Shown: positions 1 to 10,282 of the stretch, one piece after another | How positions within the stretch are numbered: position 1 is the stretch's first letter | Layout: each line of letters starts with the position of its first letter | Assembly (NCBI GenBank): GCA_964645385.1 | Contig: CAZYBY010000103.1 | Span: 1-32,656 of the forward strand | Reading direction: 5' to 3' | Origin: an uncultured Sphingobacterium sp. | GTDB taxonomy: Bacteria; Bacteroidota; Bacteroidia; Sphingobacteriales; Sphingobacteriaceae | DNA: 32,656 nt | Made by a program: the position numbers and the translations under genes | Notes under the pieces: generated by a model | The model's input: the letters and a program-made list of their open reading frames with translations, nothing else | Told to the model about the DNA's origin: nothing | Database searches by the model: none

Positions 1-585
1 TGGTGCTAGGAATTGTGCTTGACCTAATGAAGTATTACCATTACCTGGCCAATTTAAAATACCTTGAGTAGCTTCTTTACCTCCAATAAATGATGTGATA
101 TCTTGTTGTAAAACATTGAAATGTTTATCCCAAGTTTGACATACATCTGAAGAAATTTCCGCTGTAGTAGTATCCAATGGACCTGGCCAAAAATCAATAC
201 CACGTTGACGATACGTTTGACCAGCTGTTTTCAATTGGTTACCATCATCAACCCCTCCAAACCATAATGCAGAAGCAAAAGAAGCACTTACACTTCTATC
301 ACCTGGATTAACTTTTGGAACTTCGTATTTAGCGTTTCCACCACCGAATAAATCCCACCACATATCACCACCGTTAAATAATTTAGCTCTAACGTTGTTG
401 ATATCGATATCGATTTGAGATTTCGGAGGATCACAACCTGCTGCAACTTTCATTACAGACTTCGTTGGTTTAGGACCTGAGTTCTTACCAGTATAATAAC
501 GGGCAGAAGCGGTTTCTAAACCAAGTAGCAAACAAAAACTACTTAAGCTTGCTAGTAAAAATATTCTATTTATATTTTTTCTCAT
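1..585 (-). CDS. Secreted hypothetical protein, N-terminal 195 codons only (3' end runs off the window)
   Basis: Absent from the ORF track because no stop lies in the window. Minus-strand ATG at 585-583, and I checked every codon down to position 1 and found no stop. Translation: MRKNINRIFLLASLSSFCLLLGLETASARYYTGK...IDINNVRAKLFNGGDMWWDLFGGG...GIDFWPGPL. It has a hydrophobic signal peptide with an A-S-A cleavage-like site. It starts 17 nt after the stop of the upstream receptor gene. Confidence 0.7.
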   Translation of the reverse strand, partial: MRKNINRIFLLASLSSFCLLLGLETASARYYTGKNSGPKPTKSVMKVAAGCDPPKSQIDIDINNVRAKLFNGGDMWWDLFGGGNAKYEVPKVNPGDRSVSASFASALWFGGVDDGNQLKTAGQTYRQRGIDFWPGPLDTTTAEISSDVCQTWDKHFNVLQQDITSFIGGKEATQGILNWPGNGNTSLGQAQFLAP

Positions 586-602
586 TTTCTTATTCCTTTC
601 CG

Positions 603-3600
603 TTAGAAGTTATAAATAGCACCAACTCTTATTACTCTAGGTAAACGGAAGTTTCCTGGATCATTCATAGAAATTTTATATAAATCCATGTATGATTGAA
701 CTGCACCATCATTACCAATGTTATTTAAATAATCTGCAGCTTGAGATGATGTTAAATAACCATCGTCATCAGGCAAGCCTGTTGCAGGATATACTGAAGC
801 TACACGTCTAGCATCTAACAAGTTTTGTACTAATACATAAACGTTTAATGAAGTTTCTCTTCCTTTTCCGTCAGTACCTTTAGAAGTAATCATGATGTCC
901 CTATCTACACGTAAGTCCATGTTATATTGCCAAGGTAATCTAGAACCGTTAATTTCTCCAATTAATCTTCTGAAACGAGTATCATCAGCACTTAATAAAT
1001 CTTGTACTTTCTCTAATGAAATTCTAGAGTAAGGAGTACCAGAACCAGCTCTAACGATTAAGTTAACACCAAAGTTTTCTAATACACTCTTTAATGCTAC
1101 TGGACCAGTATAACTAGCACCTGAACCATAACGGTAGTCGATAGTAGTTACAATTGTGTGACGTTGATCGTAATCTAATGGAATAGCTACACGAATTGGC
1201 TCAGATTCTCCACTTGAAATTAAGTTAGCAGCTGAGTTTGTATTCGAACCAGTACCGTTTGCAAATTGCAATGTATAGGCTGCGTTTACCATTAAATTGT
1301 TCGTACGACGTAAATCGTATTGTAATGTAAACCCTTTGATTGTTCCAAAGTCACGATTTGTGTATGTCAAGTATGAAGCAGGGTAAGCGTTTGCAATTTG
1401 TACTTGTTGGAAGTTATCTTTCAACTCTTTGTAAAACGCAGTTAACGTTAATGCTGAAGTTTGACCTAATCTTTGTTTAAATCCAAATTGGTAGTTAATT
1501 GTTTTCTCAGGCTTAATGTCTGGACTAACAATAATTTGTGATTGTTTTTGTAAATATTGTAAATAGTAAACAATAGGATTTGCGTATACGTTTGTTCTAG
1601 GACGTTGAGTTAACACGTCATAGTTCGCGAAGAAGTTTGCTTCATCAGATATAGGGAATGAGAAAGCTATACGAGGCATAATTTGAGTTTGAGGCTCGTA
1701 ATCTTTAAACGCTCCGTTTGTTAATTTACCATTTCCTAATGAATCTACCGCAGAACTTACTAACCAAGGTGTAGCTCTACCATTAGTTAAACTTTTTACT
1801 TCTAAGTAATCTTGTACAATGTTTCCGCTTGCATCGTAAAATACATCACCTACTCTATATCCTCTAACTACTGTTGGAGTTGATACACCAGCATCATCAA
1901 CATAAACTGTTGCGCTAGCAGGAATATTTGAAGGTCTAGTAATAGTTGATGGTAATTCACCAGCAGATCTAGTTTCAAATAATGAGTATTTATCTTTTAA
2001 TACTTGTTGGTTAGCATCGAAACGGTCGATACGAACCCCTAAGTTGAACACGATATCTTTATAAGTAAATTTATCTTGAATATATCCAGCTGTATAAATA
2101 GGGCGGAATGCACTAACTGGGCGATTCATTGGATCAGCTAAGAAATCTTCCATAGTTGAAGTGCCTGATGATTTTTTACCATCATAAGTGTATCCAAAAT
2201 ATGTATAAGCTAAACCTGAAGGGTTTAAGTTGTCAATTAAATTAGCAGCATCAAACATACTAATTGAAAAAGTACTTGGATCATAAGAATCAATATCGAC
2301 AAACTCACCTGCTCCTTTTCCTAATTTTGCTCTAATTGACTTTGCAAATTGTGTTGCATCTTCATTAAAACCAGTTTGTGTAGATAACAAGAATGTATTA
2401 TCGTTTACCAATGTAACGTTAGAACCAGTTACATCAATTGTTTTCGCATTCCAATCTATACCTGTTTGATCTAATCTCATGTAAGCATTTTGTTGAGCTC
2501 TCATCTGACCCCATAATCCTCTCGGATTAATACGGAATCTACTTTCGATTCTTTGCTCATATTCAATACCAACTTGAATTGCATGACCTTTTAAATCTGC
2601 AGATGCCATTGCTGATACTCTATATTGATCTCTGTTTTGAATATCATATACATTGGAAATAGTACCTGGTGAGTTAAATAAACCTCCATAAATAGTTTGA
2701 GGAGCACCACCATTTAGAATACCTGTCAAACCTTGAAATTGAGTCAAGTTTGTAAAATCATTTGAACCAAATGATTGTAACAAGAAATCATTTAAGTTGT
2801 CATTGTAAACTGCAACAGTTGGATTTGATGATCCTGCTGATGAATAATGTAATGCTGTGTCAATTTTTCCACCAGAAGTTTCATATCTCAAATTAGATAA
2901 AGTATAAGTTTTGCCATCTGATCCAATTAAGGTATCTAGCTTGTTATCTCTATTAGCATCTGAAATACCAATATAATTTTTCTTGTCTGTTGTATATGAA
3001 CCAACATGTCCATAATTGAAGAACTTATCTTTATGATTGATATCTTGTTGAATAATATAATCTCTACTAAAGTCAGCTTGAACTGTATAGTAAGCATTCT
3101 TCAATAATGCTTTTGATTCATCTGTTGATTGATTAAATTTCTGAGTGTATCTACCAAAAATTCTATAATTATTTCTATTTACTACAGCGTTGTTTTCAGA
3201 ATTGAAAAGCATATTGGCTCTGGAGTAAACTCTTTGACGTTGGTTAGATCCAGAAAAACCTAATGCAAAGATGTTATTCAAATTAGGTTGGTAATCTAAT
3301 CTTAAACTAAAGTTTAAGTTTCTGTTTTCATTGTCGTCTTGAGCTTTAACTTTATCTAAATTATTTAATGTAGAAAAGTTACCAGTTGGCACACGCTTCA
3401 AACTTGTTGTAGTATCAGTTCCTTGTACTGTAGTAGTAAGGATATACTGACCTGGATTTTTCTTTATATAATCTTGGTAGTCAGATTTAGCTTTGTAAGC
3501 ACCAACATACGATGGATTTTGATCACGCTTTGTTTCTAACTCAGCAGATGCAAAGAAACCTATTAATGATCGTTCAGACTCTGTGCCTTTGTTTTTAACT

Positions 3601-4388
3601 AAAATCGGACCACTTAAAATACCACTCACCAAGTTATAACCGTAACCATCTAAAAATTCTGAAGTCGCTGCTTCCACAGAACCGTTGAATTTTTTAGAAG
3701 GACCTTTTGTAGTGATTGTAACGATACCTCCAGTAGCATCACCGTATTGTGCCGGCACACCACCTGTAATAACGTTGATTTGCTCAATCGCTCCTTGTGG
3801 TAAGTTTGTTGTACCTCTTACTTTAACACCATCGATGTAGTAATCGTTCGCATCAGAACGTGAACCTTTAACACTTAAAGCTGCACCTTCGTCTGCTTGG
3901 TATACACCGGCAGTTGTTGAAACTAATGAGTTGATGTTACGCGTTGGTAACTTCTTAATCTCGTCAGAGTTCAAACTTCCCCCTGCTGTAGTATTGTCCT
4001 TTTCAATCAATGGCTTCGCGTAATCAGATACGGTAACCTCTTGAATGTTTCGAACATTAGCAGATAGGTCTGGGTTTACATAAGTCTGCTTGTTAGAAGT
4101 GATGATTACACCGCTAATTACTCGCTCGTTGTAACCAATGATCTTCACTCGAACATCATACTTTCCTGGGAGGATTGGCTTGATGACAAAATTACCATCA
4201 AAGTCTGTTTGCTGCGCTGCTACTTGCGAACCATTTGATTCCACAATTACCGCTGCAAACGGAATCCCCTCTTTTGTCTTTGCATCTTGTACTTTACCTC
4301 GTAATTCACCTGCACCACTTTGTGCAAACAATGAACCACTATAGGCAATAGATAACAAGATTAAGAATGCGTAGAACTTTCTCATCAT
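603..4388 (-). CDS. Large TonB-dependent outer-membrane receptor with N-terminal CarboxypepD_reg-like domain (1261 aa)
   Basis: Signal peptide MMRKFYAFLILLSIAYSGSLFAQ. Carboxypeptidase-regulatory-like beta-sandwich segment (GKVQDAKTKEGIPFAAVIV...DGNFVIKPILPGKYDVRV). Plug-like region (INVITGGVPAQYGDATGGIVTITTK). Long beta-barrel ending in an aromatic terminal residue (RVGAIYNF). Confidence 0.88.
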   Translation of the reverse strand: MMRKFYAFLILLSIAYSGSLFAQSGAGELRGKVQDAKTKEGIPFAAVIVESNGSQVAAQQTDFDGNFVIKPILPGKYDVRVKIIGYNERVISGVIITSNKQTYVNPDLSANVRNIQEVTVSDYAKPLIEKDNTTAGGSLNSDEIKKLPTRNINSLVSTTAGVYQADEGAALSVKGSRSDANDYYIDGVKVRGTTNLPQGAIEQINVITGGVPAQYGDATGGIVTITTKGPSKKFNGSVEAATSEFLDGYGYNLVSGILSGPILVKNKGTESERSLIGFFASAELETKRDQNPSYVGAYKAKSDYQDYIKKNPGQYILTTTVQGTDTTTSLKRVPTGNFSTLNNLDKVKAQDDNENRNLNFSLRLDYQPNLNNIFALGFSGSNQRQRVYSRANMLFNSENNAVVNRNNYRIFGRYTQKFNQSTDESKALLKNAYYTVQADFSRDYIIQQDINHKDKFFNYGHVGSYTTDKKNYIGISDANRDNKLDTLIGSDGKTYTLSNLRYETSGGKIDTALHYSSAGSSNPTVAVYNDNLNDFLLQSFGSNDFTNLTQFQGLTGILNGGAPQTIYGGLFNSPGTISNVYDIQNRDQYRVSAMASADLKGHAIQVGIEYEQRIESRFRINPRGLWGQMRAQQNAYMRLDQTGIDWNAKTIDVTGSNVTLVNDNTFLLSTQTGFNEDATQFAKSIRAKLGKGAGEFVDIDSYDPSTFSISMFDAANLIDNLNPSGLAYTYFGYTYDGKKSSGTSTMEDFLADPMNRPVSAFRPIYTAGYIQDKFTYKDIVFNLGVRIDRFDANQQVLKDKYSLFETRSAGELPSTITRPSNIPASATVYVDDAGVSTPTVVRGYRVGDVFYDASGNIVQDYLEVKSLTNGRATPWLVSSAVDSLGNGKLTNGAFKDYEPQTQIMPRIAFSFPISDEANFFANYDVLTQRPRTNVYANPIVYYLQYLQKQSQIIVSPDIKPEKTINYQFGFKQRLGQTSALTLTAFYKELKDNFQQVQIANAYPASYLTYTNRDFGTIKGFTLQYDLRRTNNLMVNAAYTLQFANGTGSNTNSAANLISSGESEPIRVAIPLDYDQRHTIVTTIDYRYGSGASYTGPVALKSVLENFGVNLIVRAGSGTPYSRISLEKVQDLLSADDTRFRRLIGEINGSRLPWQYNMDLRVDRDIMITSKGTDGKGRETSLNVYVLVQNLLDARRVASVYPATGLPDDDGYLTSSQAADYLNNIGNDGAVQSYMDLYKISMNDPGNFRLPRVIRVGAIYNF

Positions 4389-4533
4389 AATATTGATCTA
4401 AGGGTTTTTAAATTATAATAATCATAAAGATAATCGTTAAAAAACGTTATTTCCAAATAAAAGTAAGATAAATGTTACACTTTATTTTATCCCTAGGAAT
4501 ATCTATACTCTTATATTTTTCGTTTTCAACAAC

Positions 4534-5469
4534 TTACAAAGAATAATGCTGTTTGAGTAGTTTTTGAGCCAAAACCTCCGAAATTTTATAATAAGATTCT
4601 GTTGTCCAACCTGCAATATGACTAGTTAAAAGCACTTTTTGCGATTTTACTAACTCATCAAACCATTCTTTTTCAACTCCATCTAAGTTGCTAATGTGTT
4701 CATTTTCTAACACATCTAAAGCTGCCCCCAAGAGTTTGCCACTTTTAATCCCTAACAATAAATCTGACGTTTTAATGACTTTTCCTCGGGAAGCATTGAT
4801 CATAAATGGCTTTTTTGATAATGATTGTATGAATTCAATGTTAATATAATGACTTGTTTCTGACGTTAATGGGATGTGTAAGCTGATAATGTCTGAGTTT
4901 TCTTTCAACTCATTTATAGACACTTGTGAAGCATAATCGTCTGAATAATTAGACAAATACTTATCATAAGCTATAACTTTCATTTCAAACCCTGAAAGTT
5001 TCTTAGCTAAGGACTTCCCTGTGTTTCCATAGCCAATAATTCCAATTGTCTTTCCTTTTAATTCGAATCCTCTGTTTTCCTCCCTCAACCAAATTCCATT
5101 TCGAATCTCCGAATCCGATTTAGAAATATTTCGAGCATAACCCAAAAGCATTCCAACTACATGCTCGGCAACTGCGTCTCTATTGCCCTCTGGAGCGTTC
5201 AGTAAAATTATATTTTTCAACTTCGCGTATTCTTCATCAATATTATCCATTCCAGCACCTGCTCTGCAAATAATAAATTTACTTTTCATCGCATCGATAA
5301 TTGTTTTATCAATGAAAAATTTTGATCGAACTACCAATGCATCGTATTCAGTAATATTTATTATTAATTCTTCTTTCGAAATATCAAAGGCTTCGAAAAC
5401 CTCATGTCCATTAGCTTTCATCAGTTGATGAAAAATTTCATGCACATCATCTACAATTAAAATTCTCAT
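4534..5469 (-). CDS. D-isomer-specific 2-hydroxyacid dehydrogenase (phosphoglycerate dehydrogenase-like), NAD-binding
   Basis: Rossmann motif GIIGYGNTGKSLAKKL. Catalytic-type Arg/Glu/His context (NASRG, DVLENE, TSHIAGWT). The start overlaps the rsmA stop in an ATGA 4-nt overlap (5466-5469). Confidence 0.85.
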   Translation of the reverse strand: MRILIVDDVHEIFHQLMKANGHEVFEAFDISKEELIINITEYDALVVRSKFFIDKTIIDAMKSKFIICRAGAGMDNIDEEYAKLKNIILLNAPEGNRDAVAEHVVGMLLGYARNISKSDSEIRNGIWLREENRGFELKGKTIGIIGYGNTGKSLAKKLSGFEMKVIAYDKYLSNYSDDYASQVSINELKENSDIISLHIPLTSETSHYINIEFIQSLSKKPFMINASRGKVIKTSDLLLGIKSGKLLGAALDVLENEHISNLDGVEKEWFDELVKSQKVLLTSHIAGWTTESYYKISEVLAQKLLKQHYSL

Positions 5470-6245
5470 TGATTTGAAATTAATTTTGTGAGTTGAACAA
5501 AATCATCAACGCTTAATCGCTCTGCTCTTAAATCGAAAACTGGATCATTAATAATTTCAGATTTCAAATAAGATCTCAATGCATTTCTCAATGTTTTTCT
5601 ACGTTGATTAAACCCCATCTTCACTATGCTTTTAAACATCTTTTCATCTACTCCTTGAAAAACGTCATCTGTTCTACGCACTGCTTTAATTACACCAGAT
5701 TTTACTTTTGGCGGTGGGTTAAAAACTCCTGGCGCTACTGTAAACATATAATCAACATGATAATATGCTTGCACCAATACGCTTAATATTCCATATTCTT
5801 TCGACCCTGGAGCTGATGCTACCCTTTCAGCAACTTCTTTCTGAAACATGCCTACTATTTCATCTACAACTTCTGCATAATCAATGGCATGAAATAAAAT
5901 TTGAGATGAAATATTATAGGGGAAATTGCCGATTATGCTGATTTTACTGACGTTTTCAAAAACATTGTCTAATGGTAGCTTTAAGAAATCCGCAGAAATT
6001 ATATCATTAGTTAAGGTCGGGTATTTATTTTCTAAATAAGCAATCGATTCTGTATCGATATCAACAACCTTTAGGTGTAAGTTTTCATTTAGCACTAAAA
6101 AATCTGTAAGTATGCCCATACCTGGACCAACTTCTAAAACAAATTTTTTCTGTTCACTCGGAGCAAGTCCAGCAACAATCTTCTCTGCTATTCTTTTATC
6201 AGTCAGGAAATGCTGACCAAGATGCTTCTTCGCACGTACTTGCAT
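5466..6245 (-). CDS. rsmA: 16S rRNA (adenine1518/1519-N6)-dimethyltransferase
   Basis: N-terminal KKHLGQHFLTD and SAM-binding VLEVGPGMGILT motifs typical of KsgA/RsmA; 259 aa. Confidence 0.93.
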   Translation of the reverse strand: MQVRAKKHLGQHFLTDKRIAEKIVAGLAPSEQKKFVLEVGPGMGILTDFLVLNENLHLKVVDIDTESIAYLENKYPTLTNDIISADFLKLPLDNVFENVSKISIIGNFPYNISSQILFHAIDYAEVVDEIVGMFQKEVAERVASAPGSKEYGILSVLVQAYYHVDYMFTVAPGVFNPPPKVKSGVIKAVRRTDDVFQGVDEKMFKSIVKMGFNQRRKTLRNALRSYLKSEIINDPVFDLRAERLSVDDFVQLTKLISNQ

Positions 6246-6301
6246 ATAGAATGGTTTATTATTACTGACAATTTTAGTTAATTTGCGCCTATAATGAAAA
6301 A

Positions 6302-7378
6302 ATGAATGTGCACATGTCTGAACAAAATAAAATAAAAATAGGGGTAAGTATTGGTGATATTAATGGAATTGGAATTGAAGTTCTTCTGAAAACAGTAATA
6401 GATACACGCATTACAGAGCTTTGCGATATTATTGTATATGGCTCTTCAAAAGCAACTTCATTTCATAGAAAACTTTTAGGCATCCAAGATTTTAGTTTCA
6501 ATATTATCAATGATGCATCTCAGAGCAACCCTAAAAGAGCAAATTTGATTAACTGTTGGCAAGATGAAGTGAAGATTGATATCGGGGTTTCTACGGAAAC
6601 TGCTGGCAAATACTCTTTCATTGCGCTAAAAAGAGCTGCTGAGGACTTAAATGCTGGTAAAATAGACGGATTAGTAACTCTTCCGATTAATAAACATAAT
6701 GTAAAGCAAGCAGGATTTGAGTTCCCCGGTCATACAGAATATTTACAATCGATTACTGAAAAGAAGGAATCGATGATGTTAATGGTGAACGACCATCTTA
6801 AAATTGGATTTGTAACAGGGCATGTTGCTTTAAAAGATGTTGCTCATGCCATCACACAAGAAAAAATCGTTCATAAATTAAGTTTGTTAAGCGACTCTCT
6901 TCGTCAGGATTTCGGAGTTAGAAAGCCAAAAATAGCCGTTTTAGGATTGAATCCACATGCTGGTGATAGCGGAGCAATCGGCCACGAAGAAGAAAAAACA
7001 ATAATACCAGCCTTAGAAAAAGCAAACCATAAAGGGATCTTAGCATTTGGGCCGTATTCGGCAGATGGATTCTTCGGAAATCACAAGTATTCTCAGTTTG
7101 ATGGGGTGCTTGCTATGTATCATGATCAGGGTTTAATCCCATTTAAAAGCCTTTCTTATGATCAAGGTGTTAATTTTACAGCTGGTCTACCATTCGTAAG
7201 AACATCTCCTGCTCATGGTACTGGATACGATATCGCTGGGAAGAACATTGCATCAGAATCTTCGTTCCGAGAAGCAATCTATAAAGCGCTTGATATTATA
7301 CGTAAACGCAGAGAATTCGAGGAAATCAATGCCAATCCATTGAAAATCCATAAGTTGTCGAGAGATAGAGGAGAATAG
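6302..7378 (+). CDS. pdxA: 4-hydroxythreonine-4-phosphate dehydrogenase
   Basis: Motifs GDINGIGIEV, FPGHTEYL, LNPHAGDSG, HDQGLIPFK and SPAHGT. The true start may be the second ATG at 6314 (MSEQNK...). Confidence 0.92.
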   Translation: MNVHMSEQNKIKIGVSIGDINGIGIEVLLKTVIDTRITELCDIIVYGSSKATSFHRKLLGIQDFSFNIINDASQSNPKRANLINCWQDEVKIDIGVSTETAGKYSFIALKRAAEDLNAGKIDGLVTLPINKHNVKQAGFEFPGHTEYLQSITEKKESMMLMVNDHLKIGFVTGHVALKDVAHAITQEKIVHKLSLLSDSLRQDFGVRKPKIAVLGLNPHAGDSGAIGHEEEKTIIPALEKANHKGILAFGPYSADGFFGNHKYSQFDGVLAMYHDQGLIPFKSLSYDQGVNFTAGLPFVRTSPAHGTGYDIAGKNIASESSFREAIYKALDIIRKRREFEEINANPLKIHKLSRDRGE

Positions 7379-7417
7379 GTTTTTTAAAAAATCGTTTCTT
7401 TTTCCAATTAGTTTTTA

Positions 7418-7425
7418 TACATTTG
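7418..7425 (+). promoter_or_regulatory. Candidate Bacteroidota sigma-A -7 box (TACATTTG = TAnnTTTG) for the yceD-rpmF-plsX operon
   Basis: Exact match to the TAnnTTTG consensus, 21 nt upstream of the yceD ATG, in the pdxA-yceD spacer. Confidence 0.45.
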
Positions 7426-7445
7426 CAGGCTCTTAAAAAATAGAA

Positions 7446-7988
7446 ATGAACAGGCTGAAAGCATTTTCAATCCCGTTTACCAGTTTAAAAAACGGTAAAC
7501 ATCAGTTCGATTTTAAGATTGATGATTCGTTCTTTAAAGAATTTGAGTACTCTCCGATCCAAAAAGCCACTTTAGAGGTGGAATTGGAGTTCAACAAACA
7601 AGAAACAATGTTTGTATTGGATTTCGTAATAAAAGGAGAAGTAGAATTAACTTGTGACCGCTGTAACGAACAGTATTTCAGTCCTCTGCACACTAATGAT
7701 CGATTGATCTTTAAATTTGGTGAGGAAGAGGAAGAAGAAACGGAAGAAATTGTAATTCTTCCAAGATCAGAACATGAAATACACTTAGCGAACCACTTGT
7801 ACGAATTTATAGTAGTAGCCATCCCATTTGTGCATATGCATGCTGATAATGAAGATGGAACACCGGGATGTAACCCTGAAACAATAGCAATACTTAAACG
7901 ATTAAGCTTGCAAAGTGAAGAAGAACAAGGTCCGGAAATAACAATCGACCCTAGATGGGAAGCATTGAAAAAATTAAGAGATAATTAA
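7446..7988 (+). CDS. yceD: YceD/DUF177 family large-subunit ribosome maturation protein
   Basis: 180 aa with a CDRC cysteine pair and an acidic run. It occupies the conserved position immediately upstream of rpmF-plsX. Confidence 0.85.
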   Translation: MNRLKAFSIPFTSLKNGKHQFDFKIDDSFFKEFEYSPIQKATLEVELEFNKQETMFVLDFVIKGEVELTCDRCNEQYFSPLHTNDRLIFKFGEEEEEETEEIVILPRSEHEIHLANHLYEFIVVAIPFVHMHADNEDGTPGCNPETIAILKRLSLQSEEEQGPEITIDPRWEALKKLRDN

Positions 7989-8009
7989 TAGATAATAAAT
8001 ATTTGAGCC

Positions 8010-8198
8010 ATGCCAAATCCAAAACGCAAACTTTCGAAATCGAGAAGAGACAAGAGAAGAACTCATTATAAAGCGGTAGCTTCTGCTTTGGTTACTTGCC
8101 AAACTACTGGTACAGTACACATGCCACATCGTGCATACACTGTTGACGGTAACTTGTACTACAAAGGCAAGATGATCGTAGAAAACGCAGCTAACTAA
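8010..8198 (+). CDS. rpmF: 50S ribosomal protein L32
   Basis: MPNPKRKLSKSRRDKRRTH N-terminus; 62 aa; lies between yceD and plsX. Confidence 0.95.
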   Translation: MPNPKRKLSKSRRDKRRTHYKAVASALVTCQTTGTVHMPHRAYTVDGNLYYKGKMIVENAAN

Positions 8199-8212
8199 AA
8201 AACTAAATATTC

Positions 8213-9151
8213 ATGAGAATCGGTATAGATATCATGGGTGGCGATTTTGCTCCCAAGGCTACGGTCTTAGGAGCAATTTTAGCTTATAAGGATGTCCCAG
8301 CAGACTGCCGTATCGTGCTTATTGGCGACCAACAAGCAGCATTATCAATTCTATCTGAACAAGGCATTCCTGCCGATCAGTTTGATTTTGTGCATACGGA
8401 AGAAGTTATCGAAATGGGCGAACATCCTGCTAAAGCCCTTACCCAAAAGCAAAAATCAAGTATTGCTGTAGGTTTTTACCTATTAAAAGAAGGTAAAATT
8501 GATGCATTTGCAAGTGCAGGAAACTCAGGCGCTATGCTTGTTGGTTCTATGTTTAGCGTAAAAGCTATACCTGGTATGAGCCGTCCTGCTATTTGCACGT
8601 ATATCCCTAAAGAACATGGTGGTTTTGGTGTAATGTTAGACGTTGGAGCAAATGCTGATTGTAAACCAGAAATGTTGTTACAATTCGGTGTTCTGGGTTC
8701 TATGTTCATGGAAACTGTTTTCAATACAAAATCTCCGAAAGTAGGATTACTTAATATCGGAGAAGAAGCAGAAAAAGGAAGTATACTTACGCAAGCAACT
8801 TACCCTCTATTCAAAGACTCTACAGACATTAATTTTATTGGTAATATCGAAGGAAGAGATTTATTCAACGATAAAGCAGATGTAATCGTTTGTGATGGAT
8901 TTACTGGAAATGTTGTCTTGAAACTTGCTGAAACTTTCCACGATTTAACAATTGGACAAGGGATGAAAAGTGAGTTTTTCGACCGATTTAATTACGAAAA
9001 TTACGGAGGAAGCCCAGTATTAGGAGTTAATGCTCCGGTAGTTGTGGGTCATGGAATCTCAAACGATATAGCGATAAAGAACATGATTCTTCTTTGCAAA
9101 GAGATGGTTCAGTCGAAATTAACTGAAAAAATTAAGGCTCGTTATAACTAA
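8213..9151 (+). CDS. plsX: Phosphate acyltransferase PlsX
   Basis: MRIGIDIMGGDFAPKA, ASAGNSGA and CDGFTGNVVLK motifs; 312 aa. Confidence 0.94.
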   Translation: MRIGIDIMGGDFAPKATVLGAILAYKDVPADCRIVLIGDQQAALSILSEQGIPADQFDFVHTEEVIEMGEHPAKALTQKQKSSIAVGFYLLKEGKIDAFASAGNSGAMLVGSMFSVKAIPGMSRPAICTYIPKEHGGFGVMLDVGANADCKPEMLLQFGVLGSMFMETVFNTKSPKVGLLNIGEEAEKGSILTQATYPLFKDSTDINFIGNIEGRDLFNDKADVIVCDGFTGNVVLKLAETFHDLTIGQGMKSEFFDRFNYENYGGSPVLGVNAPVVVGHGISNDIAIKNMILLCKEMVQSKLTEKIKARYN

Positions 9152-9177
9152 TTTTTTTAAATAATAATCTATATTTA

Positions 9178-9209
9178 ATCCCGCAACAGTCCTGCGGGAT
9201 ATTTTTTTT
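9178..9209 (+). terminator. Rho-independent terminator-like hairpin between plsX and fabH
   Basis: ATCCCGCA (9178-9185) pairs perfectly with TGCGGGAT (9193-9200) around a 7-nt loop. It is followed by A plus T8 (9201-9209). Confidence 0.7.
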
Positions 9210-9215
9210 AATACA

Positions 9216-10223
9216 ATGAGCAATACCAAAACACTCGCAGCTATAACCGCTGTTAATGGATATGTTCCAGACTATGTGCTTACAAACGCAGAGTTAGAAA
9301 AATTAGTAGATACTACCGACGAATGGATTCAGTCTAGAACAGGTATCCAAGAGCGTAGAATACTAAAAGGTGAAGGCTTAGGAACATCCGATATGGGAGC
9401 CGAAGCAGTAAAAGGACTTCTTGCGAAAAGAGGAATTGATGCTTCTGAAATCGATTTACTTATTTGCGCTACTACTACTCCAGATTATCAATTCCCTGCT
9501 ACAGCAAATGTTATTACAGATAAAGTAGGTGCAAAAAATGCTTTCAGTTTTGACATAAATGCAGCTTGTTCAGGATTTATATACGCACTAAATACTGGTG
9601 CGAAATTTATTGAAGCAGGAACATACAAAAAAGTTATAGTTGTTGGTGGAGATAAAATGTCGTCGATTATCAATTACGAAGACCGTACAACTTGTATCAT
9701 TTTTGGTGATGGCGCTGGTGCTGTTTTATTGGAGCCTAGCAAAGATGAAAACGGAATTCAAGATGCAATTCTTAAAAGTGATGGCTCAGGTAGAATTCAT
9801 TTACACCAAAAAGCTGGTGGTTCTGTAAAACCTGCATCTCACGCTACTGTTGACGCTAAAGAACATTACGTTTACCAAGAAGGTCAGTCAGTATTTAAAT
9901 TTGCAGTTACAAATATGGCTGATGTTTCTGCCGAAATTATGGAAAGAAACAATCTAACTGCTGATGATATCGCTTGGTTAGTACCACATCAAGCAAATAA
10001 AAGAATCATAGACGCTACAGCGAATAGAATGGGCGTTGGGCCTGAAAAAGTAATGTTAAATATTCATCGTTATGGAAACACTACTAATGGAACTATTCCA
10101 TTATGTTTGTGGGAATGGGAAAAACAATTGCACAAAGGCGATAATATTATCCTAGCTGCATTTGGTGGTGGATTTACTTGGGGTTCAGTTTATATTAAAT
10201 GGGCCTATGATAGTAAAGAGTAG
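9216..10223 (+). CDS. fabH: 3-oxoacyl-ACP synthase III
   Basis: Catalytic triad contexts [10 protein letters not shown] (Cys), PHQANKRI (His) and [10 protein letters not shown] (Asn); 335 aa. Confidence 0.94.
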   Translation: MSNTKTLAAITAVNGYVPDYVLTNAELEKLVDTTDEWIQSRTGIQERRILKGEGLGTSDMGAEAVKGLLAKRGIDASEIDLLICATTTPDYQFPATANVITDKVGAKNAFSFDINAACSGFIYALNTGAKFIEAGTYKKVIVVGGDKMSSIINYEDRTTCIIFGDGAGAVLLEPSKDENGIQDAILKSDGSGRIHLHQKAGGSVKPASHATVDAKEHYVYQEGQSVFKFAVTNMADVSAEIMERNNLTADDIAWLVPHQANKRIIDATANRMGVGPEKVMLNIHRYGNTTNGTIPLCLWEWEKQLHKGDNIILAAFGGGFTWGSVYIKWAYDSKE

Positions 10224-10282
10224 TGAGTAGTGAGTTTAATAGAAAATAAAATACTTAAACAGATAAATAAATAAAAAAGGAT

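Noticed and set aside
7723-7748. GAA/GAG purine repeat inside yceD
   Set aside because: It is in frame and encodes an acidic run (EEEEEETEE) common in DUF177 proteins. It is too short for me to argue phase variation.
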